Shown here: positions 15,716 through 35,052 of the stretch, piece after piece
Layout: each line of letters opens with the position of its first letter
Position numbering within the stretch: position 1 is the first letter of the stretch
Position numbers and translations under genes: made by a program
NCBI RefSeq assembly: GCF_009914755.1
Contig: NC_060939.1
Source of the DNA: the human T2T-CHM13v2.0 reference genome, Homo sapiens
DNA: 64,000 bases
Direction: 5' to 3' (one strand)
The notes under the pieces: model-generated
The model's database searches: none
Seen by the model: only the letters and a program-made list of their open reading frames with translations
Told to the model about the DNA's origin: nothing

Positions 15716-16112
15716 AAACTAAATAAAATATTGATAATAAAATTTCAAAAAACATCTGGCAAATTTCATGCATAAGCTTTGTATATAGCATGAAGAACAG
15801 AATATATAAAATAAAAATCCTGTCACATAATCACAGAATATCAGAACTGAAAAGTACCTAGGAAGTTATTGCACTTGACACCATCATTTTACAAATAAGG
15901 AAAATGACATCAAGTTAGATAATAGAATTCTTCAGAACTAGAGCTTTGAGATTTTGACTGTAAGTTCGTTTTCAAGTTTAACATTTGGTAAGGGCATAAG
16001 AGAAGGAATGCAAACATTCATATAACAAAACAGTTTGGCAAATCATCAGGGGGAAAATCCATATCCTAAGACTTGCCATGGATCTAAATGACTGTTCATT
16101 TAGCTCTATGTT

Positions 16113-16402
<290 letters not shown>

Positions 16403-16454
16403 TCTATGTTCTTCTTTTTTTTTTTTAATCTTGAAAGTGAAAATAATATAGCTA

Positions 16455-16945
16455 TGGTGGGCTGAATAATGGTCTCCCACCATGATGTCCTTATGCTAAT
16501 CACCAGAACCTGTGACTGTATTATATTTAATCGTTTTGCAGGTGTGATTAAATTAAGGATTTTGAGATGAGGGGATTATCCCAAATTATGTGAGAAGGCC
16601 CAAAGTAATCACCAGGAACCTTATAAAAGGGAGGCAGAGGAAGATATTACCACAAAAGGAGAGAAGGCAATGTGATGCGACGCAGAGATCCAAGTGACAT
16701 GCCCTGAGAATGGAGGAAAGAGCCACAAGTCAACGAATACAGGTGGTCACTAGAAACTGACAAAGGTAAAGAAATGATTCTTTCCTTAGTCTCCAGAAAG
16801 GACCACTCCTGCTGACACCTTGACTTTTACCCGGTAAAACTGATTTTGGATTTCTGAACTCCAGAACTAAAAAGAGAATCAATCTGTTTTGTTTCAAGCC
16901 ACCAAGTTAGTGGCAATGTGTTACAGCTGCAATAGAAAAATAACA
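16455..16945. mobile_element. MLT1C/D-like MaLR LTR
   Basis: tggtgggctgaataatgg...ccagaact...tttcaagccaccaagtt. Confidence 0.75.
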
Positions 16946-17164
16946 TAATAATAGACTTACAGGAAAATGTACTTGCAAGCTCATTAAAGCCAGATACTAA
17001 ATTACTTTATATTTTTACAATATAAATGTTTACATTTGACATAATAATTTTTGCATTTCTAGGTTATTTTGTCTCTATTCCTAACAGTACATTTTCAAAG
17101 TTTCTAAGAATTTTCATCTAAGAAAATCAGATGTATCAAAGCAAAATGCGTAAAAAATACTTAC

Positions 17165-17215
17165 CTACTTAGTTTCTTTAGAATGTGTTGGAGGATGTTA
17201 AATAAATTGGAAATC
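17165..17215 (-). CDS. ICE2: ICE2 exon 14 (ISNLFNILQHILKKLS-S)
   Basis: tatcag|G acceptor, TAG|GTAAGT donor; 51 nt, phase 2-2. Confidence 0.9.
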
Positions 17216-17412
17216 CTGATAAACAAAAGAAATTCATGTAAAATTAAACTGCAAAAAACTTACTTTTAGCAATTATAGCTCCTCAGGCAGAGAAATGCCC
17301 TCAATAACAACAACAAAAACAGCGGATGAGATAATGTAATACAAAAAATACTGAAACTTATTTCTATTTGGATTAAATTATGATATTTACTTAATTTTTT
17401 TAAAAAAATTTC

Positions 17413-17737
<325 letters not shown>

Positions 17738-17842
17738 TGATTTCCTTTCATTATCATAATGTATTTGGCTTTTTGTGAGTCAGAGCAGTTGTAAAGAGAT
17801 CACTATTTTATGTTCAAATTATATACTTAAAAAAAAAACGCT

Positions 17843-18224
<382 letters not shown>

Positions 18225-18301
18225 TTAGCTTCCAAAAAAATTGATAGGTACGTTAAACCTGTGATGACAGAGAAGCCACTCACTCGGGACAGGATAGCTA
18301 A

Positions 18302-18619
<318 letters not shown>

Positions 18620-18724
18620 AAATCAGGTATTTAAAAAATTTCTTTAGTAGTTCTTCTAGACCTAAAGTCCGTCTGTCCATCCTTCCTTTCTTCCTTTTCT
18701 TCTCTCTCTCTCTCTCCCTCCCTC

Positions 18725-19025
<301 letters not shown>

Positions 19026-19719
19026 CCTCCTTTTTTTAAAAAAAAAAAATGTTTTTCAATGAGAAAAGCGAGGCAGGTGGAGAGTAGGGTAGGGAAAAGC
19101 TTTTCTATTCACATATGTAAAAAAAAAGTTACTGTTCAAGAGAAGCAGTCCTTGTAACAGAAGCAGACATACTGAAGTACAAGCACAGAGTTCAAATTTA
19201 GATCTGGGACCCTTAAAAAACAATGTCAAGCCTGGAACTATGCGGCTAGTAGAAGTCAGAACCATTTCTTATCCTAAGTGGGAATCAAACATATTAACTA
19301 CCAAGGCTGCAACTAGCTTAGCTGTGTGCTCTAGGGCATACCACTCTAATATTTCCTCATATAAAAAATGGAGATAATACTACCACCAGCCTTTCCTAGA
19401 AGTTGTGAGATGAAAATGGGATAATAATATTCATAAATTATTTTGCTTTGCATTTAGACATTTAGAGTTCTGAGTACGATAAATTCATTTCAGTCACGTG
19501 TATAATGATGCTTGGTAGAAGGGCAAACTGAGAAGTTAGACTCTCAGAGTTTTTGACTGTACTATCCTTTCCCTTTCCTGTAATGGAGTAAAACGTTTGC
19601 TTCCCATGCACGGTGGCTACTTTGGCTCTAGCCTCCCTTAAGTAAAAAGGCTGGTGCCACTGGCATTATATTTAATTTGGAGATGGAGATAATATAAACG
19701 GATCACAAATTGGGTCTGT

Positions 19720-21220
<1,501 letters not shown>

Positions 21221-21354
21221 GAGTCCAATGAGACCTCTATACATAAAAAGACTAAAAGTCTTGAAAATAATTTAAGCTTAAACAATATTTAAAGAAAAAT
21301 TAATGATCACATTAACAAATTTTTCAATTCTCACCACAAAGTAAACTTTCTTAC

Positions 21355-21439
21355 TTGAGTGCTGAAAGCTTTTCTTTTAATTCTTCTGAGGTAATTTCTT
21401 CCAGTAGAAAAAGTTTTGAAGTAAATGCATCGATATGCC
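21355..21439 (-). CDS. ICE2: ICE2 exon 13 (HIDAFTSKLFLLEEITSEELKEKLSAL-K)
   Basis: ttttag|GG acceptor, CAA|GTAAGA donor; 85 nt, phase 1-2. Confidence 0.92.
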
Positions 21440-21776
21440 CTAAAATAAAATATCAAACTTAGAAAGAAGAAGCAATTGCAGTATTTAGAAAAAAAAAAAA
21501 CCAAGTTATCCTGTCTCCTTAAAGATTACAAATTTTAATAACTGTGAAGAAATTTTACATTTTAAAAGGAGAAATACACATTTTATTAAGTCTTAAGTAA
21601 AGCTATATTTTAAAATAACATAATTCAGATTATAAAACATTTATATTCATTCTAAAATATTTGCTGAATATATGTTTACACATGTCCACACATACGAAAT
21701 CATTTCAAAGCCTACAATTTATGAACGACAACTATTAAAATACTGGTGTTTCTAATTCCTATTAAAGTTACATTTA

Positions 21777-21953
21777 ATTAGCCAGGCGTAGTGGCGGGCG
21801 CCTGTAGTCCCATCTACTCGGAAGGCTGAGGCAGGAGAATGGCGTTAACCCGGGAGGCAGAGCTTGCAGCAGTGAGCTGAGACTGCACCACTGTACTCCA
21901 GCCTGGGTGGTGACAGAGCCAGACTCTGTCTCAAAAAAAAAAAAAAAAAAAGA
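21777..21953 (+). mobile_element. 5'-truncated AluY-like element (right arm)
   Basis: Right arm plus long A tail; near-TSD aaagtt(t)acattt. Confidence 0.88.
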
Positions 21954-22180
21954 AAGTTACATTTGCATGGCGTTTATGAGGAGAATTATCATAATTATGA
22001 TATTTATGTATTATCATAATATGTATTTTTATGTTAATACATATTAACATAATTTGAATTATGTTGATAATTATGTATTATCAAAATAAGCAGATAAAAT
22101 CAAATGTACAGGGGCTAAGACACACTTGGCTCTTAAGGTAAAAATTAGATTATGAAAATCTGGCTTAATATTTTTTAATT

Positions 22181-23172
<992 letters not shown>

Positions 23173-24279
23173 CCGATTCTTACTTTTTTCACAAACACAA
23201 TATGAATCTAGAATTCCAAAAAACAAAACAGCAAATTCTCAATATGATGCTTTTGTTATAACAAGTAATGCGTATGTTCTAAAACAAAACAGGTTGAGAG
23301 CTAACACCAAGGTCCTGAAATATACCAAGGAAGAGTGACATAAAAGAGTCCTGGGTTAAATGTTATATAAGTCAACACAAAAATCGTATGTATTGTACCA
23401 TAGTTAAAAACATCAACTAGCATGATGAGAATATAACACGTATCAATGTTGAAGACAAATTGTTTTTATTTTTTTAACTCCTAATATTTAGGTATCAAAA
23501 CAAATTACCTGGAAAGCTGATGTCAATCACTGGGACAATTAAAAATGCACATAATTTAATGTTTCATTTTCTTACCAAGCCCCCTTTCATTTGCTTTATG
23601 CTCATACAAATAATTAGAAACATTTTTACCAGATGGCTTCCTTCTAAGACACCAAATTCATTTGTACCCATACCTACTTATTATATGTAACACTCATTAC
23701 ACAGTGGCATTTCTAATAACAAAGACATATCGTAATGATTTAAAAACCATAGAAAGGAAATACTAAGCATAATAACTTTTAGATGTTTACTAATTATGTC
23801 TTTGAGAAGACTAATAGTTCTTACCTTTTGAAAGAAATTCATTTAAAAAAGTTTTATAGTATATGTCAAATATGGTCTGTCAAAAATAACTATACAGAGA
23901 ATACCATACTAAGTGCTCTGAGGATCTACCTACTCAAGGAGTTCACAACTCTCTCAACATTGGAGCTTTCTAACCTGTGGGCCTCAAATAAGATATATAT
24001 GTGCTTAAGATACTCATCACCTCAGCCCTTCAGGCAGCTCAGCAATGCTTGGGATGGCAAAAGCTTCCTGGCTATTGCCCTTGAGCCACAAGCAATCTCT
24101 CTTATATATCACAGTGTGCTGTACAAATATTTATGTGCATCAAGGTTGGAAAGCACTGATTTATAGAGGACAAATAAAATCTATACATAATAAAAATAAA
24201 GCTTTTATATACAAGCGTTCATTCATATATATATGCACATAAACATATACATGCATACATGCATTCATATGTGTATAGG

Positions 24280-25530
<1,251 letters not shown>

Positions 25531-25769
25531 TATATCAACTATATAGAATTGATAAATATTATAGGGTTGGAGGGTGAATACGGAAGTTGCAATGAGACTA
25601 TGTGGGAAACTGTCTTAAAGGAGTAAATCTTCAAGTTTTTATGGGGAAAAGATAAAAAGAGTACTGCAACTAGGGAAAGTGGGGAACATGTTTATAGCAA
25701 AGCAGAGCAAACAAACAAATCACAAGTGTGTTGATTCTACTGAAAAAAGAGACTATAAGCTATAGAATT

Positions 25770-25915
25770 GATTCTCAAAGTGTGGTCCCTAAACTAGCAG
25801 CATCAGTACGACCTGAGAAAGTCTTAGGTCCCAATACAGACCTAGTGAATCAGACACTCCAGGGTGGGGCCAGCAATCTCCACTTTTAAAAGCACTTCAA
25901 GTGATTTTCTTGAAC
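25770..25915. mobile_element. MER5A-like hAT element
   Basis: ttctcaaagtgtggtcc...cagcatcag...ggtggggccagcaatc. Confidence 0.7.
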
Positions 25916-27223
25916 ATCTTCCTTAAATTAAAAGAGTATTATAACATTTTTAAAAACTCAAAAACTCAGATGTTATCCCCCCATACCTACACCCCACCAA
26001 AAAACCCCGAACAAACCACAATCCCACAACCATACAATATATGCTTTTCACCAAACACTTGTCACAGAAGCCAAAAATACTATCCCAGTACAATGAAATG
26101 AAAGGCTCACAAGAGGATAGGATTCACAGAGAATAATCAGCAGTTAGGATTACTTAGGATTTTACAAAATAATTAAAATGAAGTAATCCATACAGTTGAT
26201 GTTGAACTGTACATTTAAAAACTGAAACCTTAATTTTTTTTTTTGTCATGAATCTCCATTCTCTGTCAGTACTTTAAACAAAATTTCACTCGTAAGTTTT
26301 TAACTGGGCCTTTTCTAAAATGGATGTGGCTGGCAAATTGCATTCAAGTAGCTAATGTTGAGATTGTTGGTGTGAGGTCTTTGGAGGAACATTGAAATTT
26401 TGGTTACAGAATGAAAATTACTACAAAAACTTCGAGTATGTGTATGAAGGAGGAGGAGGCAGGCAGTACATCACCCATTAGTGCATTTAGCTACTTCCTT
26501 TTTTGAGTTAAGCAGAAAGAATCAATTATCTACTTAATACTCTCATAAAACATGAAAACAAAATACTGATTAACCAAAACAGGAAAAAACATTTTAAGTG
26601 AATAACCTTTCTTTGATTAAGAAACACACCCTCATAGGATTTATTACATACAAGCAATCAAGCTATGCAGTATAACACAAAATTTTATTAGACTCAACAC
26701 AGAATTTTATCAGACTCTGACCTTAAGCTGTTTATTGTCTAACAGGAAGAAGGGATAGGTGTTAAGAGAGAATAAAGTACAAAGTAACAAGTCAGAGAAG
26801 TAAAAGACTGCACTAAGAGATCAAAGAAAGCAAAAGACTACACAGAGGAGCAGTCTGAGATGATTAGAAAGGATTGAGATTTATGGGATGCATTGAGATG
26901 TTCGATATTGGACATTCCAGTGGGAGGAAATACTACCAATAATGACTAGCAAGTAATCTATTATGTGAGGATGTTAACTGTACATGAAATGAGCCAATGC
27001 AAATTGAACTTCAGCCTAATCCCCATACCCCAGCAGAACAACAAAAACAAAGGAAAAAGTCATTTCATCAAAATATTTGAGGTTTTAAAAGTAGTGTCAT
27101 TATAAGAAAATTTCAAAATAAATATATAGGTCAATAAATAGTTAACCAATTAAACAGTACTCTAAGAAGCTAGAAAACAAATGTGTATTTTTGATTATAC
27201 TATTAAATAAGTGTTTCTAAAAT

Positions 27224-27525
27224 AGGTCAGCATGGTAGGTCATCCCTGTAATACCAGAGCTTTTGGAGGCTAAGGTAGGAGGATTGCTTGAGGCTAGAAG
27301 TTCAAGACCAGTCTGGCAATATAATGAGACCCCATCTCAAGAAAAAACAAAAAATTAGCTGGGCATGGTAGCACATGCCTGCAGCCCCAGCTACTTGGAA
27401 GGCTGCAGTGGGAGGATCACTTGAGGCCAGGAGTTTGAGGTTACAGTGAGCTATGATCACATGACTATACTGCAGCCTGGGCAACAGAATGAGACCCTAA
27501 AACTAATAAATACATAAATAAAAAC
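27224..27525 (+). mobile_element. AluJ-like element
   Basis: Diverged Alu consensus. Confidence 0.88.
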
Positions 27526-27626
27526 GAAAGTAAAAAAGGGCAGAATAGAAGTATTCACAATTGAATTTACAAGTATGTAATTACAAGAAAATTAAAAAGG
27601 AGAATAAAGACTTTTGTATAACTTAC

Positions 27627-27756
27627 CAACATAAAATGAGCTGTTGGAATGCAATAAACTTTCAGTCCATAAGCGACAAAGTTCACTTTCAGTCAGAGCT
27701 TCAACTCCGTAACAAGCTTGATACTCTACTTTTGGTAGTACATAAACTGGAAATTG
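27627..27756 (-). CDS. ICE2: ICE2 exon 12 (QFPVYVLPKVEYQACYGVEALTESELCRLWTESLLHSNSSFYV-G)
   Basis: Within ORF 27592-27783; ttgcag|C acceptor, TTG|GTAAGT donor; 130 nt. Confidence 0.95.
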
Positions 27757-29021
27757 CTGCAATGCAAAATTATACTTTTTCAAAGCTCTATTAATTTACT
27801 ATTAATAGCAAATACATTTGCCTATACAGCTTTGCCACTTTCAAAATGCTTTCAGGTAATCTTATTTCATCCTTTCAATTACAGCAGGATTCACACTGTA
27901 AGATGGATACATTCAGGCCTGATGAATAGAAGAATGTTTGGTGCCAAAAGGTGGATGGATGAAAGAGATCTCTCCTCACCATTCCCATTTGTGACCAAAA
28001 TCAACATACCTCCCCACATAGGCAAGGTTTGATTTTGGTCAGGGAATGTGACTGACAGCAGACTCCTTGCAACAAAGCCTATCATACATAGTTGCCCAAA
28101 GGCTCAAAGCCAGATGCTGGGAAGCACTGACTTTTTTATATACTAGTCATTTTCAAGAGGATAAAAAAGGTAGAATTTTTTTCTCCTTTAAAGCATGAGT
28201 CACATTGTCTTAGGCTCAAATACTCTGAGCAGCTCGTTTCATTCTACAAATGAAAGAGCACTAATGCCTACATTAACACCTGTTTGTCATTATCTTCAAT
28301 TTAACGGCTTTATTTCAGACACGAAGTATCTGACAAATTATCCATCCAAATTCACTGGTCAGGACACTACATAAGTAAAATGACTGTACCTATTACTGGC
28401 CTAAGGGAGCGTAAGCAAAGAAATACATGTTGTTCACTGTGCTTATGCTATCTCATTATCTTCAAAGAAAACTCTACTCTTAACAGGAGTCTATTTCCAG
28501 TTGCAGAAAGAGAAACACATGATTTAAGGTACTTAACTTGAACTTATAAGGCTAATTAGTACTTCTGACATTATACTGTGTCACCATTTACAGATTTGAA
28601 AATATTTCATCAGTATTTCTTAATTCTTGATTTTTACAAAGTGGCAAAGAGTGGGCTTGGTACAATGGTGGTGGTAAGAACAATTCAAATCCACTAATAT
28701 TTTTCTTATCAACAGTAAGTGCTGTTTCATGTGATTTGCCCTTGAACTACGTGCATGTGAGAAATCTGGTGATCTTGTTAAAATGTAGAATCTGGGGTGG
28801 AGCCCAAGATTTTACATTAATAACAAGCTATTGTTCCAGGGACCATACTTTCAGTAGGTAAGGCCTCCAGTGTGTCTTCTCAATTAAAAACAAAATTAAA
28901 TGTGATTAGGATTTTACCAATAAAGCATTTTACTATGTAATTTTGCAAATGGTTATCTGCATATGATTTAGTCTCTCATAACTTCAGAGCAAATAGGAGG
29001 TCGAGATAAAGAAATTTGCTC

Positions 29022-29325
29022 AGGCTGGGTGCAGTGGCTCATGCCTATAATCCCAGCATTTTGGGAGGCTGAGGTGGGAAGATTACTTAAGGCCAGGAGT
29101 TCAGGATTAGCCTGGATGAAACAGCAAGACCCTGCCTCTACAAAAAATTAAAAAAAAAAAAAATTAGCTGGGCATGGGGCACATGCTTACAGTTCTAGTT
29201 ACTCAGGAGGCTGAGGTGGGAGGATCACTTGAGCCCAGAAGTTCAAGGAAGCAGTAAGCTATGATCGTGCTACTGCACTCCTGCCTGGGCAACACAGCAA
29301 GACTCTTGTCTCTTTTAAAAAAAGA
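29022..29325 (+). mobile_element. AluJ-like element
   Basis: TSD gaaatttgctca. Confidence 0.9.
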
Positions 29326-29858
29326 ATGAATGAAATTTGCTCAAGGACACATAGCTAGTTTACAGCAGAACTGAAAAAAGTTGACTGAGAAAAAGGATCA
29401 CATTTCTGGATTAGAAATGGGTAAGAGTTAATTCCATATATTTAAAAAAAATTTTAAATATGTATTATTTCTAAAAAGCAAATACTTTGGGAGATTTTCT
29501 TTGATAAAACTACTCTATCTATAAAACCAAGTCCTAAAACCAGTTTAATTTCTGTATGTATTCTACTGCCATCTCCAGGAAGCCAGGGGAAAAAAAAGGC
29601 CTGAACATTTCATCTTTCCTTAGTATCCCAAAATTGAAGTAAAAATTTAAGGATAATCAAAATTTTCATACTATAAAGTTTACTATTTTTTTCCCTTGAT
29701 AAATGGCTCCCCAAGTAAAAGCTTTTCTTGGTTCTGTTCCAATTTTTCACATAAAGCACTTAGGATACTTGGTTCATTGAGACAGACAGTAATAGATATT
29801 ATGAAATCATCCAAAGTTCCTGGGTATGGATTTCATAATCATGTATTGAACTCAGTAA

Positions 29859-30268
<410 letters not shown>

Positions 30269-31435
30269 TAAGCAGAGTTTTGGTAAGGAAACATAAATGA
30301 TACTGGAAACTAAAATGACAACTAAAATAATTGAAGAACTGAGGAAAAATAAAGAAGAGATGAGGTTCTTGGACAGCAGAGGTTGAAGACACTTCTAAGT
30401 ATTTCAAAGCTCTATCTAAGCAAGTTGGTTTTTAGGTAGGAAATACTAATGGGGGATGTAATTTTGCTGAATTAGTTTAAATAGTACCACTTACAACATT
30501 TTCAAATTGGTGCCTCAACCTCCCTAAAGTTCCCTTAGTCAACAATATCACCCCCTCACCATTTTCCTCATTTACTCGGTGCCGATTTACTGAATTTCCA
30601 GAGGATAAAATATTTTGGAGAAACAGAGATGAATAGGACATAATTCCAAGGGGCATACATTTTACTAAGAGATTTAAACCATAAACTACTACATATAATA
30701 ACGGGGGCAATGTAAGCATTCACTGAAAATTTTAAAATTTTATTCTGAGTTTGACACAATCAGAAATATAAGGCTTCTATTTAGACAGTCTTTAGGGTGT
30801 GACTATTTTGACATATTTTGATGAAGAATGAATTTTCTTCTATAAGGTTATGTCTTGAAATTTACAAATTTCACCTTAGTCAAGTGAATTACAATGTCCT
30901 TACCAAGCTGTCTTGTTCAAGAATTAAACTGGTATCCAAAATTTCCCTAGGCTATTCTTACTTAAGAGATACCGGCCATCAACAATTTCTAAGTGCTGTA
31001 AGCTGAAAAAGAAATACAAAGTGGTATGGGTTCACAGAGTAGGAAGTTAAAGAAATGAGGTTAGCCTCAAAATAAATCAGAGAGATAGCAAGAATCAAAG
31101 AAATAAAACCTTGAAAATACAATCTATAGGACTGATACTATATGTATTCATGATGTTCAAGCTTATGGTTATTAAGTTTATTAGTTAACACAGATGAGGC
31201 AGGAAAAATTAGCAAATAAAGTCAAATCTTTTAATTCACAGGATGTTATAGCATTTATCTAGGAGGAGACTATCAAACCTACAGAATTTTGTCATTCCTT
31301 GAGTTTCTCTTGTAAAGAGCACTAAAACCAAACAGTTTTCAATTAAAGCCATTTGGTTTCTAAAATTTCAAGTTTGAATCAATGATAAAAACTAAATTAT
31401 GTGAATTAGAAGTTTAAGAATTTAGGACTTTATAA

Positions 31436-31906
<471 letters not shown>

Positions 31907-32598
31907 AGTTATTCTTTAATATGATACAGTAGTCAGGAAGTCCTCCACAATGATCAATAGTAGAACATCACTAGTCTGGATTCACCTGATCCCTACCTCA
32001 AAACACAGACATTCAAAGTGGTCAGTGATGATTCTTATTGGGCAGTGGGTTAGATAACAAGAGACAGAGACACCAAAACTTGTTTTTTTAAATGTGTACT
32101 GTGACAAATACATACAACAGAAAAAGTCCTCAAGAAAAATTAAAGGAAACACACTTTAATATTACATACTCAATTATAATATAGAAGATTCCCTTTATTT
32201 ACCAGAACTCAGTAGTCATACACACAAAAAAATGCAAACTAATCTGAAAGAGAATTTCAAATATGAAAAATTTTTAAAAGAAGTAATTACTCAAATTGCA
32301 GCAATACATTTTTTTTCCTGAGGAAAATATTTATATCAAACCCAAAAGAAACAACAGGGGAAAAAAGAAAGGAAGAGATTTGGTCTTCTAACAGTCCTGA
32401 AAAGACCTTACATATGTGTGAAAGGCCATCTTTCAAAAGTTCTACTTGGACTTCTAAAGTAAGTCAACAAGAGCCCCAAAGTGAAAAGAACTCGAGTTCA
32501 CATGTAATAATGGAAATCCAAATTCCCAGAGAAAACAGGTATATATATGCCAATCTAGATGTAATCTATGATGATGCCATTTTTTAAAAAGTTTATAA

Positions 32599-32956
32599 AG
32601 GTGGAGTATCCCTTATCTGAAATGCTTGGGACCAGAAGTGTTTCAGATTTTGGATTTTTTTCTGGATTTTCGAATATTTACATATACATAATGAGATATC
32701 TTGGGGACAGGACTCAAGTCTAAACACAAAACCCTTTTATGTTTCATATCCACCATATACATAGAGCCTGAGAGTAATTTTATACAATATTTTATATACT
32801 TTTACACATGAAACAAAGTTTTGACTGGAGTTTGGCCTGTGACCCATCATACGAGGTCATGTGTGGAATTTTCCACTTGTGATACCATGCCGGAGCTTAA
32901 AAGTTTTCAAACTTTGGAGCATTTTGAATTTTGGATTAGGGCTGCTCAATCTGTAT
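32599..32956. mobile_element. Tigger4/MER46-like DNA transposon
   Basis: ggtggagtatcccttatctgaaatgcttgggaccagaagtg ... ggattagggctgctcaatctg termini. Confidence 0.75.
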
Positions 32957-33180
32957 ATTCCAAGCATGAATGTTACCGGCATTTATGGCTACTATATACA
33001 AACACTTTCCCTTATTAAAATCGATCTCAGCATTTTAGTAAAAACAAAAAACAAAAAACAAAACTCAACCTGAAGATACTACTATGAGTGCTCAACAATT
33101 TAAACTTCACAGTAATGGCATGTTAAGTATCTATTGATTATTTATGTGATCATATTCTAACTCCGCAAATAACAACTTAC

Positions 33181-33356
33181 TCTTCTGATTTTCTTCCGTT
33201 TTTTAGAACGTGGTCTTGTCTCTATCCTCTGGACACTGCAGCGTACGAGTAACAACAGGTCTTGCAGGCTAAATAACTTATAAACAAAATTTCCTTCCTG
33301 AGGAGCTAGGTATTCCGATGTATCTTCAACATAGTCCTGAAGTTCATATGGCAATC
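33181..33356 (-). CDS. ICE2: ICE2 exon 11 (LPYELQDYVEDTSEY...RPRSKKRKKIRR); includes a basic NLS-like motif
   Basis: Within ORF 33157-33378; ttaaag|GA acceptor, AGA|GTAAGT donor; 176 nt. Confidence 0.95.
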
Positions 33357-34058
33357 CTTTAAAAATAGTATTTCTCATTTTTAAAATACATTAGCTCTTA
33401 CCCATCATAAGCAAGGATACAACAATTCAATTAACTATTTTAAAACTTCTATCATCTTTAATTTTCTACTTCTCTGCCTAAGGGACCCTCACACTATTAC
33501 CATTTCTGTTTACTTTTACTGGAACTGCAGTAAGAGCTGAAATCCTAGCTTTAAGGTTCTTCTCCTTTTAACCTTCACTAACTCTAGGCAAAGTATAAAT
33601 TCGTGAGACAGCATACCATGTGAGAAAAATAAAAAGTTTAAAAAGTAATGTTATTCCTAATCTAGGCAGAGCTGAGGAGCAGATTTATTTCACAAAACCA
33701 AAAAGTATAAAACTGCAGTCCAACACCAAGTATAAATAAATTTTAAATCAATCAATGTTTATGATTATTCTGGATGCACTTACCCTTCACCAATTTGACA
33801 AATCACATTACCTATAGCTTAGCAGTCACTGTACATGTTAGATAAACACAAGCTGCAAGACCCATACGCCTTTGTATACATATCTAGAGAGGATTATTTT
33901 GGAAGCTGAAATACTGATCAATAGATTGAAAAAATGAAATATCAGTGACTATATGACAATTACAAAACAGGTTATGACAAAGTAAAGGAACGAGGGAGAA
34001 AAACCTAAGGAAAAAGAACAAGTAAAACACTGTAAGCTCTTTGTAAATATTTACTTAC

Positions 34059-35052
34059 GTCCTTTTGGCTTCTGAAATGCAGAAGGCCATCCAGATTTCG
34101 GCCAACTAGAGGAGTCTGAAGGACCAGACAATTGCTCAGAAACAGAAGGCTGTTTAGAATTTTCTAAATTCATTAAGGGCAATTCTGGTACTTTTCTGGA
34201 AATTGGCTTTAAGAGCTCATCCTGCATTTTTAAAATCTCTCCAACTGGATCAAATTTTTTATATACTCGTTTGATAGGTTTTTTTAAAACACATGACTCT
34301 TCAGGACTACAAGCAGTATTAGTCTGGTTTCCTACAGAAGCCTGTCCTGAGGAAGAATTTGGACTAGCTGGTCTGGAACTTAAGTTAGAACCCACAACAG
34401 CTGTCTTTCCATCACTATTATTTTTACATTCTGTATCAATGATTAAACACTCCTCATCTGTATCACTGCTGCAGAGAACTGTATCTTCAGTTTTTGCTGC
34501 TTCTGATCCAACAGTCTTTTCCTTTGAGTTGTCTAGGTTTTCTAGAACATTAGGTCTTTCACCATCAGCATGTAATATATCTATAGTCATATCATTTTTA
34601 TTAGAAGTTTCAATTTCCTGAGAATTTTCTAACTGTAAGGCATCAGATGTTTTCAAGTCACTATCTTGTATCAAAGGCTTGTCAGAATTTGATACCTTTT
34701 CACATGATTCAAATCCCTGATCATCTTTATTTTTGCATTCCTCAGGGCCACCATCCATACCAGTGACCAGCTGTTTCTCCTTTTGCAATTGTTCCATCAG
34801 AATCTGAGATAAACTTCTAGAATTAGCAGAAATGTCTGGTGCACTTGGTGCCACAGTTGTAGTTCCTGCTTTGGGGGCTGTAGGAGCATCTGTCATGTTA
34901 GGTACTGTGGAAGTACTTGCTGGACTTGGTGATTTTGATACTTTGGTGGTGGTTACTCCAAAAGTTTCAAGTTCTGTGACATCATCATCAAAATCCAAAT
35001 ACAAGTTTTCAAGACTCTCAATTTTTCGGCACTCGTTGACTTCACAGGACAT
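34059..35052 (-). CDS. ICE2: ICE2 exon 10, large 994-nt internal exon encoding an acidic Ser/Thr/Pro-rich, probably disordered region
   Basis: 333-aa ORF 34051-35052; cataag|ATG acceptor, GAC|GTAAGT donor; phase 0-1 fits both neighbours. Confidence 0.96.

Noticed and set aside
34051-35052. 333-aa ORF as a standalone single-exon gene
   Set aside because: Flanked by splice sites in phases matching adjacent exons; the ATG sits directly after the acceptor AG
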